Source of the DNA: an uncultured Thermotogaceae bacterium
GTDB taxonomy: Bacteria > Thermotogota > Thermotogae > Petrotogales > Petrotogaceae
Assembly: GCA_964478535.1 (NCBI GenBank)
Contig: CAYZNB010000001.1
Location: forward strand, 1 to 54,307
Direction: 5' to 3'
DNA length: 54,307 nucleotides
Part shown: one piece after another, positions 45,068 to 54,307 of the stretch
How positions within the stretch are numbered: position 1 is the first letter of the stretch
Layout of the letters: every line of letters begins with the position of its first letter
Program-made: the position numbers and the translations under genes
Notes under the pieces: model-generated
Database searches by the model: none
What the model was told of the DNA's origin: nothing
Seen by the model: the letters and a program-made list of their open reading frames with translations, nothing else

Positions 45068-46432
45068 TCAATATTTAAATTGTTTAAGAAGTGTATTAAG
45101 TTTTTCAGAAACTTCTCCAGCATTTATAGACGTTTCGTTTGTTTTTTGTGCTCCGCTTGATACTTCTGTTGATACCCCAGTTATTTCGGTCATGCTTTGC
45201 GATATGTTGTTTGCTCCTGCATTTATTTCTCCAACCGCTCTCACTATATCGTTAACTTGTTTTGATACAGATTCTATATTTGTTGATACTTCATTAGACG
45301 CATTCGATAATTCTCCTGATGATCTTGCTATTTCTTTTACTCCTTTTGATGTTTCGTTCAAACTCCTCGTTACTTCTTCTGCATTTTTAGATATTGTAAC
45401 TACTTCTTTTGTTATTGAGCTTACCATTTCAGCTGCTTCTACCATACTGTCAGATATTTGTTCTGTTACTGATGTCTGTTCTGTTACTGCCGAAGCTATT
45501 ATTCCCGCTATATCTGTTACTTCTCCAACTACTTCTTTTACAGATTTCATAGCATTTATTGCCTGTGACATGTTATTTTTCATATCATCAATTTGTAAAC
45601 TTATTTCTTCTGTTGCTTCGCTCGTTTGTTTTGCTAATTCTTTTACTTCATTCGCTACTACTGCAAATCCTTTTCCCGCTTCTCCTGCTCCTGCGGCTTC
45701 TATCGCTGCGTTTAATGCCAACATGTTTGTTTGATCTGCTATATCATTTATTACTTCTACTATTTTCCCTATTTTCTTTGATGATTCATTTAATTTTTCC
45801 ATCACTGTATTTGTTTCATCTGTTCTCATTTTTGCTTCATCTGTTATGTTTATCGATCTTTCTGTATTTTTACTTATTTCTCCAAGTGATATGTTTATTT
45901 CTTTTATTGATGTCGATACTGAATTTACAGATTTTGATACTTTATTAGATGAATTTTCAGTTACCTTTATACTTTGAGATACTTCTTCCATTGATTTTTC
46001 TATATTTACCAATCCTACTGATGTTTCTTCCGCTGCTGCCGCAAGATTTTTTATTGTCGATGTCATTTCTTCTACTGCGGATGATATGCTAGTTACATTT
46101 TGTCCTGTTGTTCCTAGCGATTCATTCGTATCTTCTATATTTGTAGATATTTCAGTTATTGCTGAACTTACTTCTTCTGTTTTTGCCGCAAGTTCTTCAC
46201 TACTTGATGAAAGATTTGTAGATACATCCATCATTTCAGATGAAGATTTGTTCATAGTTTCTGATAATTCTCCTATATTTTTCATCGATCCTTTCAATGA
46301 ATTTGCCATTTCATTCAATGATCTAGCCATTTCTCCTATTTCATCTTTCTTCTTTGATTCAAATTCTACTGTTAAATCTCCTTTTCCAAATTTCTTTATT
46401 TCTCCTTGCATCTTCTTTAATGGCTTTGTTAT
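45068..46432. repeat. near-identical 1.37-kb duplicated segment, copy B
   Basis: See copy A. Translations are identical in the coding frame and in two antisense frames. Confidence 0.9.
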
Positions 46433-47434
46433 GCTAAATATTGTAGGTATTGCGATTATTATACCAATTACTACAGCTATTACAAGACCAACTATCAATA
46501 TAATAATTGCAGTTGCAAGCTCATCGTTTAATTCTTGTCCTTCACGTATTGTTTGATTAGATATATAATTAGCAAACGCTTCTGCTGTTGCAAGAACTTG
46601 TGTTTGCCCTACTTCTGTTCTTAAAGAATCAACTTCATCGAGTCTTGTTCTAAGTTGCACATATCTATTAACTTCATTTCTATATGCAATTGCAGAACTT
46701 AATATATTCTCTAATCTTTGAATGTTTATTTCTAATCTTGTATCAGCTAATAATTCTTTTGCATAATCTTCAATAAGATCAAAGTTTTCAATAACTCTTT
46801 CTAAATATGCTATATTATTGTTAGCTCTTGCTGATGTGACACCTAAATTTATTTCATTTCCTAAATCTAAAAGATAGTTTGAAAGAGTTAATCTGTTAAT
46901 TCTTCTTATTAATTCTTCTTCAGTTTGATTATCTTTCACATCGTTTTCTAAATTTTGCGTCATAATTTCTACAAATTCAACTGCGTTTTTTATGTATATA
47001 TCAAATTGTTGTTCTAAACTTCTATTAACTATTCTTAAGTTATTTATAAGATCAGTTGTTTCAATCATTAATTTTTCGTATTCAATAACCCCTTTTTCAG
47101 CTTCTTCAACAGTTTTTACAAAATCTGATAAATTGTTGTCATTTCCGAATTTCTTCGCTTCATTTATATAATTTTTCAAACTTTTTAACTCGCTTTCAGC
47201 TAAAACATAAAAATTATCGTTTTCTCTAAAAGAATATCCTCTCATTTCATACATTAGTCCATATACTTCTCTTTCTATACTTGTAGAATAATTCATTTCA
47301 ACAATATTTATATCGGTCATATCAGTCACAGACTCTTGTGCTGTCATCATATTAAAAATAGCTAATACGCCAAGTATTCCCATTATTATAAGGATTACAA
47401 CAAATCCAAGTGATATTTTTGCTGATATTTTCAT
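45068..47434 (-). CDS. methyl-accepting chemotaxis protein with ~290-aa helical extracytoplasmic sensor
   Basis: TM1, a long helical ligand-binding region, TM2, then HAMP and a signalling domain identical to that of the neighbouring MCP. Confidence 0.9.
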   Translation of the reverse strand: MKISAKISLGFVVILIIMGILGVLAIFNMMTAQESVTDMTDINIVEMNYSTSIEREVYGLMYEMRGYSFRENDNFYVLAESELKSLKNYINEAKKFGNDNNLSDFVKTVEEAEKGVIEYEKLMIETTDLINNLRIVNRSLEQQFDIYIKNAVEFVEIMTQNLENDVKDNQTEEELIRRINRLTLSNYLLDLGNEINLGVTSARANNNIAYLERVIENFDLIEDYAKELLADTRLEINIQRLENILSSAIAYRNEVNRYVQLRTRLDEVDSLRTEVGQTQVLATAEAFANYISNQTIREGQELNDELATAIIILIVGLVIAVVIGIIIAIPTIFSITKPLKKMQGEIKKFGKGDLTVEFESKKKDEIGEMARSLNEMANSLKGSMKNIGELSETMNKSSSEMMDVSTNLSSSSEELAAKTEEVSSAITEISTNIEDTNESLGTTGQNVTSISSAVEEMTSTIKNLAAAAEETSVGLVNIEKSMEEVSQSIKVTENSSNKVSKSVNSVSTSIKEINISLGEISKNTERSINITDEAKMRTDETNTVMEKLNESSKKIGKIVEVINDIADQTNMLALNAAIEAAGAGEAGKGFAVVANEVKELAKQTSEATEEISLQIDDMKNNMSQAINAMKSVKEVVGEVTDIAGIIASAVTEQTSVTEQISDSMVEAAEMVSSITKEVVTISKNAEEVTRSLNETSKGVKEIARSSGELSNASNEVSTNIESVSKQVNDIVRAVGEINAGANNISQSMTEITGVSTEVSSGAQKTNETSINAGEVSEKLNTLLKQFKY

Positions 47435-47446
47435 GTTTTCTCCCCC

Positions 47447-47908
47447 TTAATTGATTTTGTTATTTTGATCTAACAAAAAATGTTCTGGATTAAAAATTGT
47501 TTCTGGGTCTAAAACGATAAGTATATTTTCTTCAATTTTTGCAATTAGTTTTATAAACTTATCTTCAATTCCTTTTATGTTAGCTGGCGGAGATTCTGTT
47601 ATTTCTTCATCAATTTCAAGAACATCTCCGGTTTTATCTATTAAAAATCCTACAGTATTTATAATTTTAGAAGTCATTTTTAAAGTTATACACGTATTTT
47701 TAGTATATGTTTTTTCTTCAAATCCTAATATTTTATTTAAATCAAATACTGTTACTATTTGTCCTCTCATATTAAATAAGCCTTTAATATGGTCGTTTGA
47801 ATCTGGTACTTTTGTATAATCTATATTTCTATTCAATTCTTTTACAATGTTTATATCAACTCCATAAAGTTCTTCATTCAAATAAAAAGTCAATACCTTT
47901 GAGGTCAT
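47447..47908 (-). CDS. cheW: chemotaxis coupling protein CheW
   Basis: 153 aa single CheW domain ('LTFYLNEELYGVDI...RGQIVTVFDL'). ATGA overlap with the cheA stop. Confidence 0.9.
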   Translation of the reverse strand: MTSKVLTFYLNEELYGVDINIVKELNRNIDYTKVPDSNDHIKGLFNMRGQIVTVFDLNKILGFEEKTYTKNTCITLKMTSKIINTVGFLIDKTGDVLEIDEEITESPPANIKGIEDKFIKLIAKIEENILIVLDPETIFNPEHFLLDQNNKIN

Positions 47909-50900
47909 GATTGCACCACCTCTTTTTCAAATATTTCTTTTAACAGAGTTAGAAGTCTTTCTTTATCTATTTTTGTTTCATAATAATTGAATCCTGATTT
48001 TAAAACAGAATTTTTAATTTTATCTCCAGTCATGCTTGTAACTGCTATTGCTGGAATATGTTTAAATTCTTTTTGTGAGCGTACCCATCTTATAAATTCT
48101 TCTCCTGTCATTTCAGGCATAACTATATCACTTACTATTGCATCTATGTTTTTAACTTTTTTCAACATTTCTACGCCCTCTTTACCATTTTTTACCCAAT
48201 GAACTTTGTAATTTGCATTTTCTAAATAATTTTTTTCAAGCTTTAAGAAAAATTCAGTGTCTTCAAGAAGTAATATATTTTTTTGTTCTTTAGATTTTAA
48301 ATTTTTATCATCTTCATATAACTCTGGTACTGCCGTTTCAAAAAGCTCAAAACTGTTAAGAATTAAAACTATTTTTTTATTTATTATTGTTGTGCCTAAT
48401 ATTCCTTTAGATTTTATCACTTTTTTACTTTCGTCGTTTAATTGAAGTTTTGTTTCATGAGTATCTATTATTTTATGTATAAGTATACCAAGAGGATGTT
48501 TTGAAAATTTGGGTATTATAACATAAAGCTTTTCTGGAAGATTGTTGTTTTTTTCTATTGGAAGATGATCTTCTGGTCTTATTATTCTATATTCTGTATT
48601 TCTGTATTGAATATATTCATTTCCTCCAATTTTTTCTATATCATTTTTGTTAATAACTTCTACTCTTGAAACCATAGATAAATCTATTGCAAGCATTTCA
48701 TTTCCAGAGCATTTGAAAAGCATAAAATTTTGTGATTCTTGTACTGCATATTGAGAATGCTTTTTTTCAGCATCTGTTTTTTCAATCATGTCTTCTACAT
48801 ATTTAAGATTTGCTTTTTTTGATATGCCTTCAGCATCAAGTATCATTGCTATTTTACCGTCTCCCATTATAGTAACACCTGAATAAGCTATAGAGTTTCT
48901 CAAATATATTGATAAAGGTTTAACTAAAATTTCTTCTGTTTCGTGAATTTTATCTACCATTATTCCATATTTTTTTGTACCAACTTTTACTACAAGTATT
49001 CTTTTTACATTCTCTTTTTTTGTTTCTAATTTTTGGATTTTTAACACATCAGATAAATCAACAATTGGTAGCAAATTACCTCTCAAACGCAACACTTTAG
49101 CATTACCTATATGTTCTATTTTATTTTTATCGTTTTCTTTTAGTCTATAAATTTCTTGAAGATTTACTTGAGGTAAAGCAAATTTATTTCCCCCTATTTC
49201 AATTATCAATGAGGAAATTATTGCAAGGGTTAAAGGAACCATAAGCCTGAATGTTGTGCCAGAACCAATTTCTGTTTTTATATCTATGCTTCCGCCAAGT
49301 TTTTCTATATTCGTCTTAACAACATCCATTCCTACTCCTCGACCTGAAACATCTGTTACTTTCTCTGCAGTAGAAAATCCGGGTTCAAATATCAGTGAAA
49401 GTATATCTTTTTCAGAAAGTTTTTCTAATGATTCTTTTTTTATTAATTTATTAGATAAGGCTTTTTTCTTTATTTTTTCTGGATCAATTCCTGTTCCGTT
49501 GTCTTTTATTTCTATGTTAACTCTACCGCCTTCATGATAAGCTTTTAGAGTTATTTTTCCTTTTTTTGCTTTTCCATTTTTTTCTCTAACATCAGGTTTT
49601 TCTATCCCGTGATCAACTGCATTTCTTATTAAATGTGTTAAGGGATCTGTTAAAGCTTCTATTATAGATTTATCTAATTCAACTTCAGTACCATGCATTT
49701 CAAGCTCGATTTCTTTTCCTAATTTTCGTGTCATTTCCCTTATTATTCGTGGAAATTTGTTAAATATTTTCGAAACGGGTTGCATTCTTGTATTCATTAT
49801 TTTTCCTTGAAGTTCTGTTGTGGTGAGGTCTATGTTTTGAAGAATAGGTTCGAGGCCTTCTATCTTTTTTCTTTGAAATTCGAGCGTTCTTAATAATTGA
49901 TTTCTTCCCAAAACCATTTCACTTGCAAGATCAAGAAGACTGTTTAAAAGCGAAACGTTTACTCTTACTGTTTCGTCAGGAGATATTTTATTAACTCGCT
50001 GTTCTTTATTAGGGGGTTCTTCTAAATTGTTATCCTCTTCAACATCTTCTTCTATTATTTCATTTTTTTCAAAATTTGATTCAGTTTCTTGATTTTTAAG
50101 TATTTTATCATTTTTATCATTATTTTTTTCTAATGATTCATCCATAAGAATTTCTTTTACTTCTCCAACTTTTAAATTCACGTCGAGTTTTATAATTCTA
50201 TGAGGTTCTATTTGTAAAGCTAGAGATACTAACTCTTCATCTAAAACTGTTGAAAAAATAAATATATAATTAATTTCAGCTTCTTCTATATTTTTTAACC
50301 CGGTTACTTCGCTTATATCAGTATACGCATCTATAACCAAACCTATAGATTCTATTTTCTTAAAATAAACTACAGGATTTAAATTTTTTGATTCGACATC
50401 TTCTTTTAATTTCAACTTTATTTTATATATATTATGACCATGACTTAAAGCGTATTTAACTGTAACTTTTTGTTCTTTGTCTATATTTAAAGATTCTTTT
50501 TCGGGAGTTATTAACTCTAGTTTTTCTTTGCTTTCAATTCCTTTTTTTTCGTTTTTTTCAATTATTTCTTTAACTTTTTTAACTGTATTATCTATATTTA
50601 CATTTTCGCTTTCAGAAATATTAAAAACCATTTTTTTTAATAAATCTAAAGACTCAAGTGTAACATCTATTATTTTAGGGTCTACTTTAATTTCAGATCT
50701 TCTTATTATTCCAAAAAGATTTTCAATACTATGAGCACAATTAACCAATTTTTTCAGCCCAAAAAAACCGGCTGTTCCTTTTATACTATGGACAGATCTG
50801 AATATAGAGTTAATTAAATTAGCATTTTCGGGAGATTTTTCTAATTTTAATAAAGCTTCTTCGATGGATTCTAAATGGGTTGTAGCTTCATCTACAAACT

Positions 50901-50934
50901 CCTGAATGTAATCTTCATTTGACAAAATTTCCAC
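47905..50934 (-). CDS. cheA: hybrid chemotaxis histidine kinase CheA (Hpt, dimerisation, HATPase, two CheW-like domains, C-terminal receiver)
   Basis: 'FRSVHSIKGTAGFFG' Hpt, 'HLIRNAVDHGIE' N box, 'DNGTGID' and 'GRGVGMDVV' G boxes, two CheW-like segments, then 'ILLLEDT...DIVMPEMTG...VTSM'. The start is ambiguous: GTG at 50934 or TTG at 50925. Confidence 0.9.
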   Translation of the reverse strand: MEILSNEDYIQEFVDEATTHLESIEEALLKLEKSPENANLINSIFRSVHSIKGTAGFFGLKKLVNCAHSIENLFGIIRRSEIKVDPKIIDVTLESLDLLKKMVFNISESENVNIDNTVKKVKEIIEKNEKKGIESKEKLELITPEKESLNIDKEQKVTVKYALSHGHNIYKIKLKLKEDVESKNLNPVVYFKKIESIGLVIDAYTDISEVTGLKNIEEAEINYIFIFSTVLDEELVSLALQIEPHRIIKLDVNLKVGEVKEILMDESLEKNNDKNDKILKNQETESNFEKNEIIEEDVEEDNNLEEPPNKEQRVNKISPDETVRVNVSLLNSLLDLASEMVLGRNQLLRTLEFQRKKIEGLEPILQNIDLTTTELQGKIMNTRMQPVSKIFNKFPRIIREMTRKLGKEIELEMHGTEVELDKSIIEALTDPLTHLIRNAVDHGIEKPDVREKNGKAKKGKITLKAYHEGGRVNIEIKDNGTGIDPEKIKKKALSNKLIKKESLEKLSEKDILSLIFEPGFSTAEKVTDVSGRGVGMDVVKTNIEKLGGSIDIKTEIGSGTTFRLMVPLTLAIISSLIIEIGGNKFALPQVNLQEIYRLKENDKNKIEHIGNAKVLRLRGNLLPIVDLSDVLKIQKLETKKENVKRILVVKVGTKKYGIMVDKIHETEEILVKPLSIYLRNSIAYSGVTIMGDGKIAMILDAEGISKKANLKYVEDMIEKTDAEKKHSQYAVQESQNFMLFKCSGNEMLAIDLSMVSRVEVINKNDIEKIGGNEYIQYRNTEYRIIRPEDHLPIEKNNNLPEKLYVIIPKFSKHPLGILIHKIIDTHETKLQLNDESKKVIKSKGILGTTIINKKIVLILNSFELFETAVPELYEDDKNLKSKEQKNILLLEDTEFFLKLEKNYLENANYKVHWVKNGKEGVEMLKKVKNIDAIVSDIVMPEMTGEEFIRWVRSQKEFKHIPAIAVTSMTGDKIKNSVLKSGFNYYETKIDKERLLTLLKEIFEKEVVQS

Positions 50935-50946
50935 CGCCTTTTTAGT

Positions 50947-51249
50947 TTATTCAATAGAAAATTTTTCATTCAATCTCATTAAAGCGAATAAATCTTTAAT
51001 ATCTTCATTTGTGTTAATAAGTTTGAATTCTTTATTTTGTTTGGAAACAATTTTATACATAGCTACTATAAAAGTAATTCCTACAGAATCTATATAACTT
51101 ACATCTTTTATATCTAAAATTATAGTTTCAAATTTTTCAATTTCTTCAATAAAATTTTGAGCCTTATCATTAATTTCTCGAACTTTCGAGGCAATAAGAT
51201 TTTGTTCCACTATTAAAATCATTGATTTTTCTACTATTTTCTTTTCCAT
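50947..51249 (-). CDS. STAS-domain anti-sigma-factor antagonist (RsbV/SpoIIAA-like)
   Basis: 'ILDIKDVSYIDSVGITFIV' contains the conserved phosphorylatable Ser context. The start is set to the ATG at 51249, 8 nt after AGGAG. Confidence 0.75.
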   Translation of the reverse strand: MEKKIVEKSMILIVEQNLIASKVREINDKAQNFIEEIEKFETIILDIKDVSYIDSVGITFIVAMYKIVSKQNKEFKLINTNEDIKDLFALMRLNEKFSIE

Positions 51250-51351
51250 AATGAATTCTCCTTTAATATTTTTTTTAAAAAACATATCATTTATTAATAT
51301 AATCTTTATGAAAATTATACTATATTTTTTATAAAAAATAAAGTGTATTTT

Positions 51352-52659
51352 TTAGGTTAAATTCTCTATTAAAATTTTTATCAAATCATTTCTTTTATAA
51401 GGTTTTGTTAAATATCCGGAAAATCCTTTTTCAAAAGCTAACTTTGCTTCTTTTTGCCCTGTTATTGATGTAAATAAAACCAAAGGAATATTTTTTGTTT
51501 TTTCTATCTGTTTTAAAGTAGTAGCTAGATCAATACCGTCCATTTCAGGCATTTCATAATCTATTAAAATCAAATCATATGAAAATTTTTCATTTTTCAT
51601 TATTAAACTTAAAGCTTGACTGGCCTTTTCAGCAGTATCAATAATAACTCCCACTTCTTCTAAATATATTTTTGCGATTTTAGTGTTTAAAACATTATCA
51701 TCTACAATTAGAATACTTTTATTTTTTAAAATATTATAATCTAAAATTATATTTGTTTTTTCTCCACTATGTTTTTTTAAAGTAAGCGTAAAATAAAAAG
51801 TTGTTCCATAACCTTTTTTACTTTCAACCCATATTTTTCCTTTCATCATTTCTACTATTCTTTTACATATTGAAAGACCCAATCCTGTTCCGCCATATTT
51901 TCTTACTGTTGATGAATCTTCTTGCGTAAATGGATCAAAAATTTTTTTCAGAGTTTCTGAATTCATGCCTACACCAGTATCTTCAACTTTAAATAATAAT
52001 TCTAATTTGTTTTTGTAATCTCTTTTTTTACTTACTTCAACAAAGATATGTCCTTTTTCTGTAAATTTAACTGCATTATTTAAAAGATTATTTAAAATTT
52101 GCTTTAATCTATCACTATCCCCTATTAAATTTTGCGAGACATTTGATTCTACTAAAATATTTAATTCTATATTTTTATTATTTGCATTGACTGTAAAAGG
52201 TATTGCTGCCTCCTCTATTTTTTCTATCAAATCAAATTCATGTTCGTCAAGTAAAAATTTACCAGATTCTATTTTTGATATATCTAAAATATCATTTATA
52301 GTATTCATAAGTTTATCGGTAGATAATTTTATATATTTAACATATTCTTTTTGTTCTTCATCTAATTGAGTTGATGCAAGAAGGTTTATAAAACCTGTTA
52401 TTCCATTCATAGGCGTTCTTATTTCATGACTCATATTAGCCAAAAATTGACTCTTGGCTATGTTTGCAACTTCTGCTTTTATCGTCAACTCTTTTTCTTT
52501 TTTTAGCATTTTTTTGATTTTTTTGTGCGTTTCTTTCAATTCTAAATTATTTTTTATTAAAGCTCTTTGTGCTGTAACTAATTCATTGTTCAATTGAGTT
52601 ATTTTATTAAATAACTCATTGTCGTCATTTTTTAATTTTTGATTTTTATTTTCTTCCAT
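51352..52659 (-). CDS. soluble hybrid sensor histidine kinase / response regulator
   Basis: Coiled-coil N-terminus, H box '[14 protein letters not shown]', N box '[12 protein letters not shown]', G box 'GGTGLGLSI', C-terminal receiver 'ILIVDDN...DYEMPEMDG'. No TM segment and no recognisable sensor domain. Confidence 0.9.
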   Translation of the reverse strand: MEENKNQKLKNDDNELFNKITQLNNELVTAQRALIKNNLELKETHKKIKKMLKKEKELTIKAEVANIAKSQFLANMSHEIRTPMNGITGFINLLASTQLDEEQKEYVKYIKLSTDKLMNTINDILDISKIESGKFLLDEHEFDLIEKIEEAAIPFTVNANNKNIELNILVESNVSQNLIGDSDRLKQILNNLLNNAVKFTEKGHIFVEVSKKRDYKNKLELLFKVEDTGVGMNSETLKKIFDPFTQEDSSTVRKYGGTGLGLSICKRIVEMMKGKIWVESKKGYGTTFYFTLTLKKHSGEKTNIILDYNILKNKSILIVDDNVLNTKIAKIYLEEVGVIIDTAEKASQALSLIMKNEKFSYDLILIDYEMPEMDGIDLATTLKQIEKTKNIPLVLFTSITGQKEAKLAFEKGFSGYLTKPYKRNDLIKILIENLT

Positions 52660-52672
52660 TTTAAAATTCCTT

Positions 52673-53710
52673 TCATATATTCAATAATTTTTTAACAACC
52701 TCAACAGTATTCAAAGCGTCTTTTGAATATCCATCTGCTTTTAAGGTTTTCCACAAATTTTGATCTACGTTGAAAGGATATCCGCCAACCATAATTTTAA
52801 TATGTTTTGTGGATTCATTTATTTTTATTTCATTAATTATTTTTGAGGCTTCTTCTATGTGTTCTGTCATAGTCGCAGAAAGCATTAAAATATTTGCTTT
52901 TTTTTGTTTTATAGATTTCATTATATCTTTTAGAGGCATATTTGCACCTAAATAATAAACATTAAATCCCTCAAGTTCTAAAAAATCACTTACAATTCTT
53001 ATTCCAATTTCATGTAATTCGTGGCTTACACTTGCTGCTATTATAGTATAATTATTTTTTATCGTATTTAAAACATAATTATATAATTGTGACATAATCA
53101 TCTGTGTTGAAGCCGTAACATAATGTTCTTGAGCTACATTTATTTTATTTTCTTGCCACATTTTTCCAACTTCTATTTGAGTTGCTTGAAAAATTTCCAA
53201 GTATATTTCTTTTATATCTTTTCCTTTTTCAATATATTTCATTATTAAATTAGAAGCTTCCCCCTTATTTCCATCCAATAAAAAGTTCAAATATTTTTGA
53301 GCTTCATTTGTAAGAGTAATATCTGAATTTTTTAAATCTTTTTCTTTTTTTACTTCCTCTAAAGCAGACTTTAAAAATACTTCTATAATTTTAAATTCAT
53401 CTTTTGAAAAGTGTTTTTTCAGTATAAAAGTTACACATTCTAAATTTTCTATAAGCTCTTGTGAAGATATATTGAGATTATCTAGAAGAATTTTAGCCCA
53501 ACTAATGTAATCTATAAATAGTTTAATGCTTGAAAATTTAATAGTTTCAGCGAGGTGAGTTAAAGTATGCTTTATATCTCTTTTGCAAATATTAATTTGA
53601 TATGAGGTATATTTTTTTTCCAAACTGGGATTTATAGAAAATTGCTTTTCTAATATTTCTTGAACTAACACATCCATATTTTTCATTATATAATCAAATA
53701 TACCGCTCAT
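52673..53710 (-). CDS. standalone CarH-like cobalamin-binding protein with N-terminal helical extension
   Basis: '[20 protein letters not shown]' (Wx9EH) followed by '[35 protein letters not shown]' (ExHxxG) and 'IMVGGYPF'. The start is set to the ATG at 53710, 5 nt after GGGAGG. The stop lies 13 nt from the hybrid kinase start. Confidence 0.75.
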   Translation of the reverse strand: MSGIFDYIMKNMDVLVQEILEKQFSINPSLEKKYTSYQINICKRDIKHTLTHLAETIKFSSIKLFIDYISWAKILLDNLNISSQELIENLECVTFILKKHFSKDEFKIIEVFLKSALEEVKKEKDLKNSDITLTNEAQKYLNFLLDGNKGEASNLIMKYIEKGKDIKEIYLEIFQATQIEVGKMWQENKINVAQEHYVTASTQMIMSQLYNYVLNTIKNNYTIIAASVSHELHEIGIRIVSDFLELEGFNVYYLGANMPLKDIMKSIKQKKANILMLSATMTEHIEEASKIINEIKINESTKHIKIMVGGYPFNVDQNLWKTLKADGYSKDALNTVEVVKKLLNI

Positions 53711-53797
53711 TTTTTCCTCCCGAATTTTTTCAATTTTTCCATTAGCCCCTCTACTTTTCCCAACACTCAACAACAACTTTTTTATATCGCTTTCCTA

Positions 53798-54307
53798 TTA
53801 ACTTCTTCTACACATTCTTAACAAATCATTTGCTTTTTTAACCGGATTAAAAGCATTTAAAGGTACTTCTACAAATAGTGTATTCCATTTATGCATAGCA
53901 CCATTCCAAAGCCCTGGATGCTCTAATGCTTTTATCTCTTTACCTTTATATGTCTTTTTACTTATAAAATATCTTTCTTCATTGACATACTCAAGCAAAT
54001 TAAATTTTTCTCCCTTATAATCTTTTACAAAACATGCAATATCTGTCGGATTGAAGAATTCTGAAGAATTAAATATTTTTAATTGATTTTTATCGTTTAA
54101 ATCTATCTCTGATTTTTCACAAATTTGCAAATCGGTATATTCTCCATTATCCACAATAAAAGGACCTCCACCAGGCTCTCCTTGATTTTTTACAACTCCA
54201 CAAACCCTAATCGGTCTATTTAGAAAAGATAAAGCCTTATATTTATTTAGCTCTCCTTTATAGCATATATTCAATTCTTTATTTAAAAACTCTTTAATTT
54301 CAACTAT
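53798..54307 (-). CDS. C-terminal part of a DUF4301-like protein (5' end outside window)
   Basis: The frame stays open to the window edge upstream of the TTG at 54274. 'RPIRVCGVVKNQGEPGGGPF' resembles what I remember of DUF4301 proteins. Confidence 0.5.
   Translation of the reverse strand: MVEIKEFLNKELNICYKGELNKYKALSFLNRPIRVCGVVKNQGEPGGGPFIVDNGEYTDLQICEKSEIDLNDKNQLKIFNSSEFFNPTDIACFVKDYKGEKFNLLEYVNEERYFISKKTYKGKEIKALEHPGLWNGAMHKWNTLFVEVPLNAFNPVKKANDLLRMCRRS

Noticed and set aside
43181-46556. Six plus-strand ORFs (129-180 aa) antisense to the two MCP genes
   Set aside because: They are mirror-frame artefacts of the Ala/Ser/Thr/Glu-rich coiled-coil coding sequence. They occur in duplicate only because the underlying DNA is duplicated.

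Overview
Strongly AT-rich bacterial chromosomal window with the gene content of an anaerobe. No rRNA, CRISPR array, transposase, integrase or phage genes were seen. TTG, GTG and probably ATA start codons are common, so several ORF-track starts look a few codons off. Housekeeping genes: Mini-III RNase, a two-subunit 2-oxoacid:ferredoxin oxidoreductase, peroxiredoxin, lepA, infC-rpmI-rplT, guaA, a TmcAL-like nucleotidyltransferase, and four tRNAs (Lys-CUU, Leu-GAG, Gly-GCC, Thr-GGU). Four accessory blocks stand out. (1) 11199-19993 is a tight seven-gene operon: an unassignable protein, a GH3-type adenylating enzyme, four tandem B12-binding-domain radical SAM paralogues, and a second unassignable protein. 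I read it as an orphan biosynthetic or lipid-modification pathway. (2) 37318-53710 (minus strand) is a 16-gene signalling array. It runs from a standalone CarH-like B12-binding protein (Wx9EH plus ExHxxG motifs) and a hybrid histidine kinase, through a STAS antagonist, CheA-REC, CheW, two MCPs, CheB, CheR, CheY and three CheX-like phosphatases, to REC-PP2C, a receiver and an RsbW-like kinase. This is a Che-like pathway apparently wired into a partner-switching module with no target encoded in the window. The two MCPs share a nearly identical 1.37-kb 3' segment but have different sensor domains, one carrying a CZB zinc-binding motif. (3) A VTC / DUF4956 / CotH-kinase trio lies divergent from an OmpR-type two-component system. 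(4) An imperfect inverted-repeat element occurs at two loci and seeds a repeat-rich 0.9-kb non-coding region. All functional calls rest on motif recognition by eye; no searches were run.
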